A stretch of DNA of 64,000 nucleotides. It comes from Argonema galeatum A003/A1 (GTDB lineage: Bacteria; Cyanobacteriota; Cyanobacteriia; Cyanobacteriales; Aerosakkonemataceae). Made by a program: the position numbers and the translations under genes. The stretch lies in assembly GCF_023333595.1 (NCBI RefSeq), contig NZ_JAIQZM010000001.1, positions 460,681 to 524,680 on the forward strand, read 5' to 3'. Below are positions 51,697-62,446 of this stretch, piece after piece (position 1 is the stretch's first letter; the number at the start of each line of letters is the position of its first letter). The notes beneath the pieces were generated by a model, which had not been told where the DNA came from, searched no databases, and was given only the letters and a program-made list of their open reading frames with translations.

Positions 51697-52085
51697 AAGT
51701 CAAAAGTCAAAAGTCAAAAGTAAAGAAGGGATTGGGGAAGAAGGGCTAGGGTCAGAGGGGCTAGGGAGAGTGGGGGAGTGGAAAAAAATCGTGTCCCTCA
51801 TGCAAGCGCAAACCATTATAAGTTTCTGCCTAATGCCTATTTACACTAGGCGCATCGCACTTTAGTCTGAAAGATGAGCATTTATTGGCGATCGCAACTT
51901 GGTTAGCGGTCAGCTATAAAGATCGATCGGGATAAGTAGGTGGGCGTAAATAAACTGAACTCCCAGAAACCCGGTTTCTAAGAGAAACCGGGTTTCTAGG
52001 GGCCTGGAGTTTTACGTTTAAATATGCCCACCTACTTAGAAACAGCCAATTAGCGATCGCCCATCACATATCATCAATACTCAAT

Positions 52086-53519
52086 ATGCAATTTTATACC
52101 TACGATCCAGCAGATTTTTATGATGAACTGTTTGTCGCCAAGGGCAAACCCCGCCCTGATGCAACTCTTTTAATCGAAAGGATTAATGGGTTGCCGCCAG
52201 AGGAACTCCAGCGACGCCAGCAAGTCGCACAGCAAGCCCTTCTCAAGTTGGGAGCCACTTTCAACGTTTATGGCGATAACCGTGGCACTGAGCGCATCTT
52301 TCCCTTTGATGTCATTCCCCGCATTGTCTCGGCGCAAGAATGGACAGAGATGGAAAAGGGACTCAAGCAGCGCATCTACGCCTTAAATTGCTTTATAGCA
52401 GATATTTACGATGCCCAGAAAATTGTTACCGACGGCGTTATCCCGTTAGAATTAATTGCCTCTGCCAAAGGATTTCTCAAACCCTGTATAGGATTGAAAC
52501 CACCGGGAGGAATTTGGTGTCATATCACTGGCACGGATTTAGTGCGAGATAAAGATGGTCAGTGGTACGTTCTAGAAGATAATCTCCGCTGTCCTTCCGG
52601 TGTCTCCTACGTTTTGGAGAACCGCCGGGTGATGAAATCGTCCTTTCCGAAGCTGTTTGAGACGATCGCAATTCGACCCGTCGATGATTACCCCAGTCAT
52701 TTGCTCGAAACTCTCCTCAATCTAGCACCTGCCAATTTAGCAGACCCCACCGTAGTCGTTCTCACCCCAGGTATTTACAATTCTGCCTACTTTGAGCATT
52801 CTTTCCTCGCTCAGCAAATGGGTGTGCAACTGGTGGAGGGCAGAGATTTGGTGGTGACGGATGGCTACCTGCAAATGCGTACTACCAAGGGATTGCAGCG
52901 GGTAGATGTGATCTATCGCCGCATCGATGACGACTTTATCGACCCTCTCGTTTTTCGCTCCGATTCCACATTAGGTATACCGGGTCTAACGGAAGTTTAT
53001 CGCAATCGTCGTGTTGCGATCGCCAACGCCCTGGGAACCGGAGTGGCAGATGATAAAGTGATCTATGCCTATGTCCCCGAAATGATTCGCTACTACCTCA
53101 AGGAAGACCCGATTCTGCAAAATGTCCCCACTTACCTCTGCTGGGAAGAGAAACAGCTAAATCATGTCCTTGCCAATTTAGACAAACTTGTGGTAAAATG
53201 CGCCAACGAATCTGGCGGTTACGGGATGTTAGTTGGCCCTCACGCCACACAGTCACAACGAGAAGAATTTGCCCAATTAATTAAAGCTAATCCGCGCAAC
53301 TATATTGCCCAGCCGACACTTTGCCTGTCGCGAGTTCCTACAATAATAGGCGATCGCTTTGAGGGATGTCATGTGGACTTACGTCCCTACATTCTCTACG
53401 GTAAAGATATCTATGTACACCCAGGTGGTTTAACCCGCGTCGCCCTCAAAAAAGGTTCTTTAGTAGTTAACTCTTCCCAAGGCGGCGGATCGAAAGATAC
53501 TTGGGTACTCGCTAATTAG
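52086..53519 (+). CDS. Circularly permuted ATP-grasp type 2 protein (COG2308 family)
   Basis: '[16 protein letters not shown]...' matches the conserved N-terminus. The gene order, with alpha-E and transglutaminase genes downstream, supports the call. Confidence 0.75.
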   Translation: MQFYTYDPADFYDELFVAKGKPRPDATLLIERINGLPPEELQRRQQVAQQALLKLGATFNVYGDNRGTERIFPFDVIPRIVSAQEWTEMEKGLKQRIYALNCFIADIYDAQKIVTDGVIPLELIASAKGFLKPCIGLKPPGGIWCHITGTDLVRDKDGQWYVLEDNLRCPSGVSYVLENRRVMKSSFPKLFETIAIRPVDDYPSHLLETLLNLAPANLADPTVVVLTPGIYNSAYFEHSFLAQQMGVQLVEGRDLVVTDGYLQMRTTKGLQRVDVIYRRIDDDFIDPLVFRSDSTLGIPGLTEVYRNRRVAIANALGTGVADDKVIYAYVPEMIRYYLKEDPILQNVPTYLCWEEKQLNHVLANLDKLVVKCANESGGYGMLVGPHATQSQREEFAQLIKANPRNYIAQPTLCLSRVPTIIGDRFEGCHVDLRPYILYGKDIYVHPGGLTRVALKKGSLVVNSSQGGGSKDTWVLAN

Positions 53520-53638
53520 GGGCTAGGGGCTAGGGGCTAGGGGGAAGAGAGGGGCTAGGGGCTAGGGGCTAGGGGCTAGGGGAAGAGAGGGGAAGAGAGG
53601 AGAAGGAATAGCGGAAAATATAAGTTAATTTTTACGGT

Positions 53639-54052
53639 TTGGGGTGTACTACTATGAGCATAAGCAGCTATCGAGATCTCAAGGTTTGGCAAGTCGGCAT
53701 GGAAGTGGCAGACCAGATTTATCAGCTAACGGACAGCTTTCCAAAGCAGGAGATATACGGTTTAAGCAGTCAAATGCAACGGGCTGCTGTATCGATTCCT
53801 TCTAACATAGCTGAAGGACACGCGAGAAACTATACCAAGGAGTTCTTGCATCACATCTCCATCGCGCTGGGTTCGCTTGCCGAATTAGAAACTCAACTAA
53901 TCATAGCTGCACGACGGCCTTATATTCAAAACAAGGCCGATATTGAAACACTTTTTCATAAGATGGAAGAATTGGGCAAAATGCTTCGCGGACTACAGAA
54001 CTCTTTGGAAAATAAACTAAAAAGAGACAACAAACCGAGGACTGAAAACTAG
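53639..54052 (+). CDS. Four-helix-bundle protein ('23S rRNA intervening-sequence protein' family); the probable start is 'MSISSYRDL' at 53654
   Basis: 'YRDLKVWQVGMEVADQIYQLTDSFPKQEIYGLSSQMQRAAVSIPSNIAEGHAR...GSLAELETQL' is the typical 4HB/IVS-protein signature. Confidence 0.85.
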   Translation: MGCTTMSISSYRDLKVWQVGMEVADQIYQLTDSFPKQEIYGLSSQMQRAAVSIPSNIAEGHARNYTKEFLHHISIALGSLAELETQLIIAARRPYIQNKADIETLFHKMEELGKMLRGLQNSLENKLKRDNKPRTEN

Positions 54053-54234
54053 CGAAAGATTTTTCCCCAGCCCCTCTCTTCCCTCTCTTTCCCTAATCCC
54101 TAATCCCTCTCTTCCCCTAATCCCTAATCCCTCTCTTTCCCTAATCCCTAATCCCTCTCTTTCCCTAATCCCTAATCCCTCTCTTCCCCTCTCTTCCCCT
54201 AGCCCCTAGCCCCTAGCCCCTAGCCCCTAAAAAA

Positions 54235-55185
54235 ATGCTTAGTCGCGTTGCAGATTCTATCTACTGGCTTAATCGTTATGTTGAACGGGCAGAAAATATT
54301 GCTCGTTTTATCAATGCAAATGTCAATCTAATTCTGGATTCCCCTACGGGTGTGGCGCAGCAGTGGGAACCGTTGGTGCTGACCACTGGCGACTTGCCTG
54401 TATTTCAGAATCGTTACGGGGAAGCTACAGCCGAAAATGTAATTCAGTTTCTCACTTTCGATCGCGATAATGCCAACTCTATCATTTCCTGCCTTCGCTC
54501 TGCCAGAGAAAATGCTCGATCTATTCGAGAAATCATTTCTTCAGAGATGTGGGAACAGGTGAATACTTTTTATTTCATGGTGCAAGATGCAGCCGAAGGA
54601 CAAGCCACTTTTGAACCGCAACATTTTTTTAAAGAAGTAAAACTGGCTAGCCACCTATTTGCTGGTGTGATGGATGCCACCATGACTCATAATGAAGGTT
54701 GGCATTTCGGTCAAATGGGGCGGTTTCTAGAACGCGCAGATAAAACTGCTCGAATTTTAGATGTGAAATATTTCCTGCTTCTACCTTCGGTAAAAGATGT
54801 AGGCACCACGCTGGATGAATTGCAGTGGATGGGATTATTGCGATCGGCTAGTGCTTACGAAATGTATCGCAAATGCCAACATCGCATTACACCAACTGGT
54901 GTGGCGGAATTTCTAATTTTAGATCGAGAGTTTCCGCGATCGATTCGATTTTGTCTGATGCAGGCGGAGCGATCTTTACATCAAATTACCGGATCTTCTC
55001 CCGGCACCTGGAGTAACCCCGCAGAACGTTCTTTGGGTCGATTGCGTTCTGAATTGGACTATTTATCCATTGAAGAAATCGTTCAAATGGGATTGCATGA
55101 ATGTCTCAACGACTTGCAGCAGCAAATTTATGGCGTCGGCAACAACATTTTTGAAACCTTCTTTGCGTTAAAACCCATTAGTTAA
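54235..55185 (+). CDS. Alpha-E domain protein (COG2307 family)
   Basis: 'MLSRVADSIYWLNRYVERAENIARFI...' matches the conserved alpha-E N-terminus, and it follows the CP-ATP-grasp gene. Confidence 0.75.
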   Translation: MLSRVADSIYWLNRYVERAENIARFINANVNLILDSPTGVAQQWEPLVLTTGDLPVFQNRYGEATAENVIQFLTFDRDNANSIISCLRSARENARSIREIISSEMWEQVNTFYFMVQDAAEGQATFEPQHFFKEVKLASHLFAGVMDATMTHNEGWHFGQMGRFLERADKTARILDVKYFLLLPSVKDVGTTLDELQWMGLLRSASAYEMYRKCQHRITPTGVAEFLILDREFPRSIRFCLMQAERSLHQITGSSPGTWSNPAERSLGRLRSELDYLSIEEIVQMGLHECLNDLQQQIYGVGNNIFETFFALKPIS

Positions 55186-55209
55186 TTTTATGTCTAACAG
55201 GAATATCCC

Positions 55210-55710
55210 ATGTCTATCGAACAGAAAAAAGAAATTGTCCTTCGATATTATGAGGAGTTCGACAATGGCAATTTAGACAAGATAGAGGATATGCTCAGTC
55301 CCAACTTTGTCGCTCATTTTCCCGGCTCGCCTGCATCGCTAAATCGCGAAAAATTTAAAGAGTTTTGCCTCATGTTCCGCTCCGCTTTCCCAGATATTCG
55401 CCACAGCTTTGAAGATATCCTTGTAGAGGAAGATAAAGTTGTCACCCGTGGGATATTTGCTGCCACCCATAAAGGAAAACTGCAAGGTTTCCCTCCAACA
55501 GGTAAGCAGGTTACGGTATCATTCATTCACATAGACTGCATTGTAGATGGAAAGATTGCGGAACATTGGGGAGAAGCTGACATGATGGGGATGTTGCAGC
55601 AACTCGGTACGATTATCTTGCCAATTCAGCTTGTTTTGCAGGGATTGAAAATTGGCGCGCTCGTCTTAACAGTTCTATGTCTCATCAGTTTCTTAATGAC
55701 CAAATATTAA
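55210..55710 (+). CDS. SnoaL-like/ester-cyclase-family protein with a C-terminal TM helix
   Basis: 'KEIVLRYYEEFDNGNLDKIEDMLSPNFVAHFPG...EHWGEADMMGMLQQLG' has an NTF2-like fold signature. Confidence 0.6.
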   Translation: MSIEQKKEIVLRYYEEFDNGNLDKIEDMLSPNFVAHFPGSPASLNREKFKEFCLMFRSAFPDIRHSFEDILVEEDKVVTRGIFAATHKGKLQGFPPTGKQVTVSFIHIDCIVDGKIAEHWGEADMMGMLQQLGTIILPIQLVLQGLKIGALVLTVLCLISFLMTKY

Positions 55711-55749
55711 CTGTCTGACTTAGTTAAAAATCTAAAACCTAAAATCAGG

Positions 55750-56604
55750 ATGCGCTACCAAATCGTTCACACCACTACTTACATTTACGATCGAGCGGTC
55801 GTTTTAAATCCGCACATTATCAGGTTGCGATCGCGTTGTGATAGCACTCAGAAACTGCTTTCTTTTTTCCTGAAAATTGACCCGGAACCAATTGGTATTT
55901 CTCACATTACCGATTTAGACGGTAATGCCATACTGCAAACTTGGTTTGGTGGAACCGCAGATTATCTGAAAATCGAAGTACGCTCAGAAGTTGAAACTTA
56001 TCGCACAAATCCTTTTGATTACCTACTAGAACCTTGGGCTTTAAGTCTGCCGATCGACTACCCAGCATCAATGTTATCCCAACTTCAGCCATATTTGCAA
56101 CCGCAATATCAAATAAATGTAGACCCCGCAGTCATACAATTGGCTCAAGATATTGGTTTTGCAGCCGATAATCAAATCAGTACTTTTTTAATGCAACTAA
56201 ATCAACGCATTTATGAGAATTGCCAATATATTAGGAGAGAAACCGGCGAACCGCTTCCTGGTGGCGTCACTTGGAACCAAAAATCAGGTTCTTGTCGCGA
56301 CGTGGCAGTTTTGTTTATGGAAGCTTGTCGCGCCGTAGGTTTAGCTGCTAGATTTGTCAGCGGTTATCAAGAAGGAGATCCAGATCAAAAGGAACGAGAT
56401 CTTCATGCTTGGGCGGAAGTATACTTGCCGGGAGCGGGCTGGCGAGGCTACGATCCAACTGTAGGGTTAGTAGTGAGCGATCGACATATTCCTTTAGTTG
56501 CCAGCGCATCTCCCAAGTATACCGCACCCATTTCTGGAAATTTTTTAGCTCCTGGAAACCAGTTAGATATGACAGCTAGCATATCCATTCAATCATTAGC
56601 GTAG
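55750..56604 (+). CDS. Transglutaminase-like family protein (COG1305)
   Basis: '...GSCRDVAVLFMEACRAVGLAARFVSGY...DLHAWAEVYLPGAGWRGYDPT' carries the Cys/His/Asp triad context. Confidence 0.8.
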   Translation: MRYQIVHTTTYIYDRAVVLNPHIIRLRSRCDSTQKLLSFFLKIDPEPIGISHITDLDGNAILQTWFGGTADYLKIEVRSEVETYRTNPFDYLLEPWALSLPIDYPASMLSQLQPYLQPQYQINVDPAVIQLAQDIGFAADNQISTFLMQLNQRIYENCQYIRRETGEPLPGGVTWNQKSGSCRDVAVLFMEACRAVGLAARFVSGYQEGDPDQKERDLHAWAEVYLPGAGWRGYDPTVGLVVSDRHIPLVASASPKYTAPISGNFLAPGNQLDMTASISIQSLA

Positions 56605-56643
56605 GGTGCGTTCCCAACACCTTTCATTATATTATTTCCACGG

Positions 56644-59600
56644 CTAAATTGGAATCTGAATCGCAAATTCCGTCCCCTCTTCTGGCGCAGAAATACAACT
56701 CAGCTTACCTCCATGCTTTTCTTCCACAATCTGACGCGAAATAGACAACCCCAAACCTGTTCCTTTCCCCACTGCTTTCGTAGTAAATAAATGGTCAAAT
56801 ACCTGCTCTTTTACCTCATCTGACATTCCACTGCCATTATCTTTGATGCGAATAACGACAGCAGTTTCCGCTTCTAAAACTTCAGTGCGAATAGTAATCT
56901 GATTGGGATTGGCTGCAATTTCAGCAAAAGAACGCCCCTGATTTGCTTCATCCAAAGCATCGATCGCATTTCCCAAAATATTCATAAATACCTGATTCAA
57001 CTGTCCGAAATAGCATTTTATTTGCGGAATTTCTCCATATTCCTTAATCACCTCAATCGCCGGACGAGTATCCTTTGCTTTCAATCGATATTGTAAAATC
57101 ATCAAAGTACTATCAATACCCTCATGCAGATTGGCTAACACTTTCGTTGAGGTATCGGCGCGGGAGAAGTTTCGCAACGACCCACCGATCTCGCGAATCC
57201 GATCGGTCCCGGCTTTCATCGACGAGAGCATTTGCGGCAAATCTTCTAAAATATATTCTAACTCAATCTCTTCCGCTTTTTCCGTTATTTCTTCTCCTGG
57301 ATTGGGGAATTTTTCTTGATACAATTGCAAGTATTCCAGCAAATCTTGGAGCGCCGTATTAGCCTGCTCGACGTTCCCAGCAATAAACCCGACTGGGTTG
57401 TTAATTTCATGGGCTAAGCCCGCCATTAAATTGCCCAAAACTGACATTTTTTCACTTTGAATCAGTTGCAGTTGCGCTGATTGTAACTCTTGTAGCGATT
57501 TTGCTAGTTGCTCCGCTTTTTCTCGCTCTCGCGCTTCCGATCGCTGCAAATCCTGATAAAGTCTGGCATTTTTTAGAGCGATCGCCGCTTGAGAACACAA
57601 CACTTTTAACACTTCTAAGCGTTCTCGCGTAAAAGCTGCTTTGGTTAAGCAATTTTCTAAGTACAAAATTCCAATCAATTCACCTTGATTCAGCAGAGTT
57701 GCACACAAAATTGATTGGGGTTTATGTAATTGAATGTAATAATCATCTGTCCATGTTGTTGCCGCTGCTACATCATCAATTACTAAGGTTTTTTTGGTAT
57801 GTTTGACATAGTTGACGATCTTTTCAGGAATCAATTGACTATCTTCTACTGTAATTGATGATAACAAGGCCCAAACAGGTTGTTTGAGTCTGCTGTCGGC
57901 ATTAATAGTAGCAGCAATATACCATTGCTCGGATTCAGGTAAAATCAAAGAACCACTTGTAGCGCCAGCATTTTCCAACACTACTTGCATCACTGTTGTG
58001 AGTAACTTATCGAGTTCGATCTCATCGGAAAGGTTTTGAGATGCTTTGAGGACAGTTCCCAAATCAAAAATAACTGAAGTCTCCCAACTCGTAGAACTAA
58101 CTGTATTAGTCTTAATATAAGTAAGTGTCTGACTAATTTTGGAGGTAGTTTTGGTCGCTGTCAGGATGGGAGCAAGTAATTGGGGATAGCGTGTTTCTAA
58201 ATCATCTACTTTGGCTTTAGCTCCCCAACGAGCATAAGCATAGTAGGCTTTAGTAAGGTAGGCTTGTGCAATAAATTCTTTATGCAGAGATTCATAAAAT
58301 TTTCCAGCTAATTCACAAGCGATCGCTTCTTCTTGGATATATTCATTTGCCGTTGCTCCTTCGATCGCCAAATCGTAATATTCCATCGCTTCAAAATCAG
58401 CCCCTACTACCCGCAAGCGTTCGGCTTCAACTAGGTGAAATTTATGTAAATAATTCATCGGGGCATAATCTGCCCATTTTTTCAATTTTTCTTGGTTAGC
58501 TATTACCCGATCGAGCAAAACATCTTGCTCGGATTTTACTCCATTAATTCCTAAAGCAAGCTGGACTAAAGAATCGTAAAAATGGAAGATAGGAATAGCG
58601 AACATTCCCGTTACTCCATCTAAATACTGAACAGCTATATTAGCATTTTCTAATGCTAAAGCATACTTTTCAAATAAATAGCCAAGAATCAGTTTATTTG
58701 AATAGAATATATGAAGTCCCAGTCGGTCATTAGCTTGAGTAAGAATCGGTAGTAATTGCTCCTCATCGCAGGCTTCACCTTGTAAATAGCATAGATTGGG
58801 AGAACGAGCGAGCAAATTTAAAATTGACTGCCGATACATTTCGTTCCAATAAAACGGAATTTGTTGCTTCAATTGCTTTATTGCTTGGCTATAGGTAGCC
58901 ATCTTATTTTCCGTTTCCTCCAGTTCCTTACCCATATAATATGAATGGCAACATTCAAAGAAGGCGCAGTAAGCTGTAAATTCTAAATCTCCTGTTTCTA
59001 ATCCACTTTGATATCCCGACCGCAAGTTTTCTAATGTCAATTTAAGATGATCTTTCCAATGTCTGATATATCCACAATCTACAGCGGAAATTTTGGCTTT
59101 TAGTTCCTGAACATTTAATTGAGACAGCAGTCGATTCGCCAATTTACCAAATTGATAACCCGACTCAATATCTTGGACGACACCACACAAAATTAGTCCG
59201 TAGCCAACATAAGCAAACGGAGAGAGATGACTATTACCATATTTAATTGATAAATTAACTTGTGCAAAAACAATTAAGGGATATAACTCAGGAGTAGTTT
59301 TAAATGTAGAAGGAGCTATACTTGATAAGATCGGCATTGCGGCTAACTTTTGTGGATCTGTCATAGCTGGCAAAGCGATCAAATCTTCTATATTTCTTTG
59401 CTGCAAATTTGCCGATGTTTCAGCTAAACCTTGCTGAATATCCGCTAAGGTTGGCCGTTCAGGAAAAGTTACTCCTAAAAGTTGCAAAATTTGCAGTCCC
59501 ATATTAACTGACTCTTTGAGTCTAGTTTGCGCTGCACTGGCTAAAATTTTCACTTCATAAACTTTCATTTTATCTAACAGCGTTGTCGCGCATTTCAGTA

Positions 59601-62067
59601 CTGTTTCAGCTAATTGAGTCATCTGCTCAAAATCAGTGCTGAAATAAGCGGCTTCTGTTGCTTCTAAGTACAGGTTTAAGGTTAGGTTATAATCAGTTTG
59701 CCAGCTATCAGTAGCTAGGAGTTCTCTGCCTACCGTTAAATATTTTAGGGCTGTCGCATAAGCCGTCGCGGCTTTGGCTTTGCAACCTGCCATTAAATTC
59801 AATTGTGCTAGTTTATCGCGATCGATTTGCTCGCTAATTAAATCTACACCATAATTTAATTGGTTGACAAGATCGAAGATTTTTTCTAACTGTTGCGCTT
59901 CTGGTGTATGCTTTAACAATAGCTGACCGATGTGGAAATGAGTTAGCTGTTTTTCGTTTTCATGGATTAATGAGTATGCTGCTTGTTGGACGCGATCGTG
60001 CAAAAATTTGTAACCTACTTTTGATTTATCAAAAAGTAGATTTACTTCGTTTTCTTGGTCAAATACGAGAGGTATTTTATAATCTTCACTCAAAGGTAAA
60101 ATTAAACCCGCTTGTAAGGCAGGCCATAATTCATTGGCTGTATTTGAGTGGGGCCGATCGTTAACAATAGAAAGCACATCAAGAGTGAATCTGTCTCCTA
60201 TGCAAGCTGCCAATTTTAATATTTGTTGTGTTGTTTCTGGCAGTTTTTCAATCCTACTTGCAACTAATTCTACTACGCTCTTATCGGCGATACCTATAGC
60301 TTGAATTTTATCTAAATTCCACTGCCAAGTAGCATTAACCAAGTCAAATCTTAGCAATTTTTCTTGAAACAGTGCTTGCAAAAGTTGGGTAATAAAAAAA
60401 GGATTTCCCCCGGTCTTGTTAAAGATTAGTTCAGCTAAGGTTTCGGACCGATCGCCCGTATCCAAAGTTTCCACAATCAACTGATTGACACGATCGAAAT
60501 CTAAAGGTTGCACGATGATATTATTAACAACCCTACCTGCTTTTTCAATCTCGGCAATACTTTGGATCAAAGGATGAGTCGGACTGACTTCATTATCTCG
60601 ATATGCTCCAATTAATAGGAGATATTGACTAGCAGCATTGGCTATCAGTAATTGCATTAAGTTTAATGAAGCCAAATCTGCCCACTGCAAGTCATCTAAA
60701 AAGATGACAAGCGGGTGTTCTTTTTGGGGAAAAACGCTGATAAATTCTTGGAAAACTCGGTTAAAACGGTTTTGCGCTTCCGCTGGGCCTAATTGCGGCA
60801 CTTCTGGCTGAGAACCAATAATTAACTCGACTTCGGGAATAACATTAATAATAACTTGACCGTTATTGCCTACTGCTGCTAATAATTTGTCTTTCCAATT
60901 TAGGATTTTTACAGCACTTTCTGTAAGTAACTGCTGCATTAGCGATCCAAAAGCTTGAATCAAAGCGGCATAAGGAATGTTGCGTTTAAATTGGTCAAAT
61001 TTACCGGCAATAAAATAGCCCCGTTGCTTGACTATGGGTTTATGAACTTCATTAATAACGGAGGTTTTGCCGATGCCGGAATAACCCGATACTAGGATCG
61101 TTTCACTGTTGCCATGCCCGACTCTAGCAAATGCAGTTAGGAGTTGATTAACTTCGGCTTCTCTGCCGTAAAGTTTTTGTGGGATTAGGAGTTGTCCAGC
61201 CCGGTCTAATTGTCCGGTAATAAAATTAGTAATTTTCCCTGTCGTCTGTAATAGGTGGTAACAAATTTCTAAATCTGCTTTAAATCCTTGGGGTGTTTGA
61301 TATCGGTCTTCAGCATTTTTAGCCATCAATTTGAGGGTAATTTCTGAGATGGCTGGTGGAATTTGGGGATTTAATCGAGCGGGAGAAATTGGTTCTTTAG
61401 CAATATGAGAGTGTACGATTTCTAAGGGGTCGTTACTGCTAAAGGGTAATTGACCTGTGAGGAGTTCATAAAATGTGACGCCAAGGGAATAAAAGTCAGT
61501 GCGATAGTCGAGTCCTCGGTTCATCCTTCCGGTTTGTTCGGGAGACATATAGGCGAGGGTGCCTTCGAGAACGTTGAAATTTTGGATAGTTTGGGTTTCT
61601 CTGGGTAAGAGGGAAGCGATGCTGAAATCTATTAATTTAACTTCTTTAGTTTCGGGATGAATTAGGATATTTTGCGGTTTAATATCTTTATGGATAACTC
61701 GGTTTATGTATAGTCCTTCTAACATTTGGGCGATTTGGATCGCAATGGGGAAAAATTCATTAAGACTGAGAGGTTCGTTGCGGCGGTAGTCACTAAGGGC
61801 AATGCTACCATCGTCTGCCATTACTAATGCAAAACTGTTGCGGTAGTTTTCCAAACTTAGGGGTTGGACTACTCCGGGAATGTTGAGGTTTTTGGTAATG
61901 ATGTATTGATTGCGAAACCGCACGAGTTCTGTAAAGCTGGGGTATTCGGCTTTGAGCAGTTTGACGATGACGGGTTTTGCTTGGGTTGTAGAAATTCCTC
62001 GATAGACTAGGGTTCTTGAGCCTTCGTAGATTTTTTCAAGTAGTTGGTAATTCGCTATGCCGACCAT
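56644..62067 (-). CDS. Multidomain sensor: Ser/Thr kinase - AAA+/COG3899 ATPase - TPR-like - GAF - HisKA/HATPase_c histidine kinase (1807 aa)
   Basis: The N-terminal kinase has 'VIHKDIKPQNILI' and 'GTLAYMSPEQ'. The P-loop is 'VSGYSGIGKTSV'. The GAF region precedes the HisKA motif 'MAGLAHEINNPV', and the HATPase region has 'IRIKDNGSGM...GTGLGLSIS'. Confidence 0.85.
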   Translation of the reverse strand: MVGIANYQLLEKIYEGSRTLVYRGISTTQAKPVIVKLLKAEYPSFTELVRFRNQYIITKNLNIPGVVQPLSLENYRNSFALVMADDGSIALSDYRRNEPLSLNEFFPIAIQIAQMLEGLYINRVIHKDIKPQNILIHPETKEVKLIDFSIASLLPRETQTIQNFNVLEGTLAYMSPEQTGRMNRGLDYRTDFYSLGVTFYELLTGQLPFSSNDPLEIVHSHIAKEPISPARLNPQIPPAISEITLKLMAKNAEDRYQTPQGFKADLEICYHLLQTTGKITNFITGQLDRAGQLLIPQKLYGREAEVNQLLTAFARVGHGNSETILVSGYSGIGKTSVINEVHKPIVKQRGYFIAGKFDQFKRNIPYAALIQAFGSLMQQLLTESAVKILNWKDKLLAAVGNNGQVIINVIPEVELIIGSQPEVPQLGPAEAQNRFNRVFQEFISVFPQKEHPLVIFLDDLQWADLASLNLMQLLIANAASQYLLLIGAYRDNEVSPTHPLIQSIAEIEKAGRVVNNIIVQPLDFDRVNQLIVETLDTGDRSETLAELIFNKTGGNPFFITQLLQALFQEKLLRFDLVNATWQWNLDKIQAIGIADKSVVELVASRIEKLPETTQQILKLAACIGDRFTLDVLSIVNDRPHSNTANELWPALQAGLILPLSEDYKIPLVFDQENEVNLLFDKSKVGYKFLHDRVQQAAYSLIHENEKQLTHFHIGQLLLKHTPEAQQLEKIFDLVNQLNYGVDLISEQIDRDKLAQLNLMAGCKAKAATAYATALKYLTVGRELLATDSWQTDYNLTLNLYLEATEAAYFSTDFEQMTQLAETVLKCATTLLDKMKVYEVKILASAAQTRLKESVNMGLQILQLLGVTFPERPTLADIQQGLAETSANLQQRNIEDLIALPAMTDPQKLAAMPILSSIAPSTFKTTPELYPLIVFAQVNLSIKYGNSHLSPFAYVGYGLILCGVVQDIESGYQFGKLANRLLSQLNVQELKAKISAVDCGYIRHWKDHLKLTLENLRSGYQSGLETGDLEFTAYCAFFECCHSYYMGKELEETENKMATYSQAIKQLKQQIPFYWNEMYRQSILNLLARSPNLCYLQGEACDEEQLLPILTQANDRLGLHIFYSNKLILGYLFEKYALALENANIAVQYLDGVTGMFAIPIFHFYDSLVQLALGINGVKSEQDVLLDRVIANQEKLKKWADYAPMNYLHKFHLVEAERLRVVGADFEAMEYYDLAIEGATANEYIQEEAIACELAGKFYESLHKEFIAQAYLTKAYYAYARWGAKAKVDDLETRYPQLLAPILTATKTTSKISQTLTYIKTNTVSSTSWETSVIFDLGTVLKASQNLSDEIELDKLLTTVMQVVLENAGATSGSLILPESEQWYIAATINADSRLKQPVWALLSSITVEDSQLIPEKIVNYVKHTKKTLVIDDVAAATTWTDDYYIQLHKPQSILCATLLNQGELIGILYLENCLTKAAFTRERLEVLKVLCSQAAIALKNARLYQDLQRSEAREREKAEQLAKSLQELQSAQLQLIQSEKMSVLGNLMAGLAHEINNPVGFIAGNVEQANTALQDLLEYLQLYQEKFPNPGEEITEKAEEIELEYILEDLPQMLSSMKAGTDRIREIGGSLRNFSRADTSTKVLANLHEGIDSTLMILQYRLKAKDTRPAIEVIKEYGEIPQIKCYFGQLNQVFMNILGNAIDALDEANQGRSFAEIAANPNQITIRTEVLEAETAVVIRIKDNGSGMSDEVKEQVFDHLFTTKAVGKGTGLGLSISRQIVEEKHGGKLSCISAPEEGTEFAIQIPI

Positions 62068-62446
62068 ACTTCAGATCTCCTGGGTGAGATAATTTTTGAT
62101 CTTACTCCCTTCGGTTGTGGAAGAATATGTATAGTTGGAGGGCGTTCGCTCTTCGGCGCGGATGCGCTTAGCATTGCGGAATAAATCTTAACTCAAAACC
62201 GAAACTTTAATTCCGCAATGCGGAGCCCCTACATAATCTTGTGGCGGGAAGGGAGTAACCATAGTTGAGCCTGTTCAAATGCTTGTGTAGTCTTGTCTAC
62301 TATGATACTTTATTTTTTGCTTCGATCGCCAATTCAGGTTCTTCTCCTATCGCAGTCAACTAATGACTAATAGCACCACACTGATATACAAGGATGACCA
62401 ATGACTAATGACTAATGACCAATGACCGATGACTAATGAAGTTATA

